DNA of 12,463 bases from contig CAVUXE010000078.1 in assembly GCA_963745235.1 (NCBI GenBank), positions 1 through 12,463 of the forward strand, in the 5' to 3' direction. A model generated the notes under the pieces. The model had not been told where the DNA came from, did no database searches, and was given only the letters and a program-made list of their open reading frames with translations. The stretch is from an uncultured Spirochaetota bacterium. GTDB lineage: Bacteria > Spirochaetota > Spirochaetia > SZUA-6 > Fen-1364. Each line of letters starts with the position of its first letter. The stretch's first letter is position 1. A program made the position numbers and the translations under genes. Below, piece by piece: positions 8,701 through 12,463 of the stretch.

Positions 8701-11700
8701 GCTTTTGCTGGCTTTCATCCCAGGCGCTGGCCGCCTTGGCCCGAACAAGACCAACTTGTGCGTACCAGGTCTGTTGGCGGCTGCCGAGGTCCTGCACGGA
8801 TTGACCCCACTTTTGCTCCAACTCCGTCTCGCGGGATTTGAGCGCTCCTGAATAAACAGAAAGTACGGCCTGGGCATAGCTTTGAAGCGCGTTCATCCTG
8901 GTGTTGGACTCGGAGTCGTTGAGCAGTACGCCAGCAGAGAATGCAGCGTCACCAAGGACGCCGGACAGGAGCTCTTGGTCAGCCTTTGCGACCCACAGTG
9001 AATCCCTATAGGCACTCTTTGCAGCTGCCAACATGTCAGCTTTCGTCCCGGTCCCCGCGACATAAGCCTCGTAGGCGGATCGATAGGCTTGCTGCGCATC
9101 CGCTGCCTTCGCCTCCGCTGCCTGAGCTGCGAGTACGGTCTTCCCACGAGCGTCTTCAGCATTCACACTTGCCACAACAGTCATCTCTTGCAGCGCTTTG
9201 CTGAAGGACACCTTGTCTTCCGCCGCGAGCACACTCCATGCCGAGCGGAATTGGGCCTCCAGCTCGGAGGAGACCCTCGCCAGGTCGGTTGCAATGCCCT
9301 GGCTCTGGGCGGCTAATTTTCGATACTGCGACAGGAAGTCCTCCACGGAAGTCAAATGAGCCCCGTCAGTCCCTCTCAGCTCGGCAAGCCGTGCGCAACC
9401 GGACTCGTAGTCACGCCTTGCCTGGGTGAACGTTGATATTGAGCTTCCAAGGATGTTTGGAGAAAAGCCATTCAGGAGGGTTTCAATGTCCCCCTTCTTG
9501 TTGTCAAGGGCACTTGCTTGCCCGGTCCAATCCGCGACAGCGTCCGAAATCCAGCCGAATGGAGCACGGCGGTTGGCGCGAAGCCTCTCTATGGTATCCT
9601 GCAACCTCTGCGTAAGCATTCGCAAGGCTGAAGCGCTTGTTCGGGAATTGAACTGGTCAAACTGATTTTCGTTTCCGCCAGCGCTCGCTATGCGGACTGC
9701 AAAATAGAACTCGAATGCGTCCCTTTCATCGGCGTTCTCCATTACTGCCGAGTATTGAGACTGGGCGAATGTCACTGCGGCTCTCAGACAGTCGCGGGCG
9801 GCGCCTCTGAGATCCTCACCGCTGGTGTGGATGTCCAGGTAGTTGTTGTCTCGCATGAATTTGTCGTCACTTTGATAATTTTCGAGATAGCCCAGCGACC
9901 CGCTCCCGTTGCTGTCATACAGCCGCCGCTTGAGGTAATCTGCAGCAAAGCCCCAGCGGTCAATCAGTGCGCTCATGCCGCCGAACTTCGCGGCATAGGT
10001 GTTCACAGTTGTCTGCCATGCTTCCATCTGGCGCTCGAAGTCACTCTTTGCGGCGGCCTCCGCGGGATCCCCGCCCTGAGCTTCTCGGACGTCGAAATAG
10101 TCCTTGACGGTCTGCCACTCATCCTTGGTCTGCTGCGCGTGCAACTTGAAATCGACGGAAATGTCCAACGATAGCCGACCATTCTGGAAAGTCAAATAGC
10201 TGGTCCAGTTGCCTGCTCTTTCTGTTTCGTCATCCGACCATGTGAGGTTTGCATCCACCCGGGACCCGTCAAGAATTGCATCCCTCGCTTTCTGGAGCGA
10301 CTCGAACTGTTCTTCGACCTTTTTCCCCTGTTCCGTGGTTGCCTCATCCAATTCGCCGGTGACTCGCTTCAACCGCAACAGCTCGGCATAGCTCGTTTTC
10401 CATGCGTCATATGCGGCCAGAGTGGCTGCGTCACCAATCGGTCTGTCCGTGACAGGTGACTCGCCGTACAGTTCTTTCAGCGCATCCACCGCCGCTGCGG
10501 CACGAGTGAGCTTCTCGGAAACATCTGTCTGCATCTGCACGGGGCTCTGGTAGCTTTGGGCCGCTTCTCCCCGCGAGGTCAGGTAGCCGTTTGAAGCCCA
10601 GTCTTGTATCTCCTCACTGACCCGAAGCATGAAGCGCGCTTTCTCCAGGCTTTCCGAAGATATCTGCAATTCAGCGTAGGCAGTGTTATAGAGGGCTCCT
10701 TGTCCCTCGAAGTCCCCCAGCGCCGTATCAACCAAGACCTGCTTGTTTGCCACCTTTATTGCAAGATTATCCGCGCTGTTCCTCAGCTCATCCAACTCTG
10801 CCTGGCGCTCTTCACTACCCAGGTCCAGGAACTTCAAGGCTTCTCCGAAGCGGCGTATGTCATCCTTCAGCGACTGCACCTTGGCAAGCTCAGAGCGATA
10901 TGCGCCCTCCGCCGCGTTCACTTCCTGCTCGCTCGACACCGGCAGGTCGCTCGCCTTGGCATTCCCGGCCGCGAAGGCCTCCAGGAATGAACGAAATCGG
11001 GCCACGGAACCGCCATCATCCCTGGTTGCCGCAAGCTGACTCACGAAAGCATTTTCCTGTTGCGCGAGGGAGTTGAACGCATCAAGGGTGACATTCTCTG
11101 CGGAATCCGAAACGCATTGGACATAACCGTTCCCGTCCCGTGTCTGAGCGCTGGTTGCGCTTTCCACAGTCACCGAAGTTCCGACGTTTCCGGTCAGGTA
11201 CACGCGCCAAGAGGTGGCCTGGCTGGGTTGCCGTTCCACCTGACGCCAATAGGACGCTTCGGCTGAATGGACAGCCGACTTGCTGCTAAAATCCACGGAC
11301 GCCAGCGCAAGCTCTTCCAGGATCATCTGCCCTGCAGCGTCAAGCTTCGAAGCATTCATCTGATCGTACCAGCTCAGGTAGTCGGCGTTCGAGCCTGCAG
11401 CAAAAAGATCATCATTCCATTGTCCGGCGGAAATTGAGGCCGCGAGTGCGTCTCGAGACATGAAGTCCCCGCCCAGAGACTGCGCGTAGGCTTGGGCGTT
11501 TCCGTCCAAGGCAGCGACATATCCCCGGACCTTCCCCAGCATTTCCTTGAACTGATTCACTTTCTCAGTAGCGGCTGAGCTCTTGGCAAGTTGTTTTTCG
11601 AGGTCTTCAGGAATCGAAACGCCTCGCAGAACAAGGTTCTTGCACAAGTACTCGACTGCGAGGTCTCCGCTTCCTGAGAAAGCGGTTTGCTCCAGTTGAG

Positions 11701-12463
11701 ACGCTGTGCCCGCGAAATCAGCTGCGTCTGCTACGCCGGTTATCCCCGTCCGATCCAGCAGGAAACTCGCGAGCTGCCCGGCCTGATACAGCGCCACTGG
11801 ATTGCGAGGCGACTGTCAGAGCGATTGCTCGTTGGTAGACCGGTCCCGCAGCTCCCATGGCTGCGAGCGATGACAGACGAGCATCAAAGTCACTTCCAAA
11901 CAAGAATCTGCGGAAAAGGGCATCCCGATCGTCAAGACCATACGCCAACTGCGAGCAGAGCTGCTTGATCTGATCCGATGCGGGACTGCTTTCGCTGAAA
12001 CTTGCAAGGTAGCCGGCGAGGGCTTCGCTCAATAGCTGTTGGCTGGACCAGGTCTTCGAAGCAACTTCGTCCCAAAGTCTCTTCACGTCGGCGGCAAAGG
12101 AGCTCACAGCGAGTCCCGCGATTGCCTGAGACACACTGAGGGTGCTCCAGGTTCGAAAAGCGGCGACCCGCTCGCCTGTTGGTCCTTGACCCTTTTGGGC
12201 ATCAAGCAGTTTCTGAGCTTCAGCAGCGATCTCACTCGCAAGCATGGTTGTCATTCCAGGCGCGAGATCGGCGGCGATGCTCTGAAGGGAAATCGAAGGA
12301 TCAGCAAGCGATCTCTTTGCAGCCTCAATAGCCCCTGAGTCGACGATGAGATCATGGGCGGACGCAGCCGAAGCGGACGGCTTGTCGTTTCGAGTGTACA
12401 ACTCCATGAGCGCCGAAAGGCGGGATCCCCCTTGGAGCTCCTCCGCCAGCGTTCGAAGGTTTG
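5038..12463 (-). CDS. Giant protein (partial, at least ~2470 aa, two +1 frameshifts at ~11795-11810 and ~7584); putative polymorphic toxin with HExxH motif and C-terminal NlpC/P60-like peptidase
   Basis: ORFs 11718..12407, 7439..11797 and 5038..7560 overlap end to end. The first frame stays open to the window edge (NLRTLAEELQGGSRLSALM). Deleting one C of CCC at 7583-7585 gives LWDDTGSWFKAPSLRTVGSIAAG. The body is Ala/Glu/Gln-rich and helical. The C-terminus has LDCIGYVNTVL...PQVGDLVFMQGHVGFY...LIHSAP. Confidence 0.8.
6420..6560 (-). other. Zincin-like metallopeptidase motif within the giant protein
   Basis: SIYVNSKLL strand, then helix AAQVASIMSHEAKH (HExxH at 6460-6474), then DEFESR providing a candidate third ligand Glu. 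Confidence 0.6.

Overview
The window holds two juxtaposed modules. (1) On the + strand, a single-ORF IS66-family element (ISBst12-like, left end outside the window) carries a complete ~2.0 kb group II intron (1547-3567, RT/maturase, no endonuclease) inserted one base before the end of its right terminal inverted repeat. The intron's EBS1 (TAACTA) is exactly complementary to the IS end (TAGTTA), so it appears programmed to target IS66 termini. (2) On the - strand, the 3' part of a giant gene (at least ~2470 aa, open past the window edge, split by two +1 frameshifts) encodes a long helical body, a Gly/Ala hydrophobic segment, an HExxH zincin-like motif and a C-terminal NlpC/P60-type cysteine peptidase. 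It is followed directly by a lower-GC gene with a signal peptide, giving the layout of a polymorphic toxin-immunity pair, possibly spirochaetal. A strongly structured ~155 nt palindromic element lies between the modules. All four frameshifts in the window are +1, which suggests sequencing error rather than true pseudogenes.
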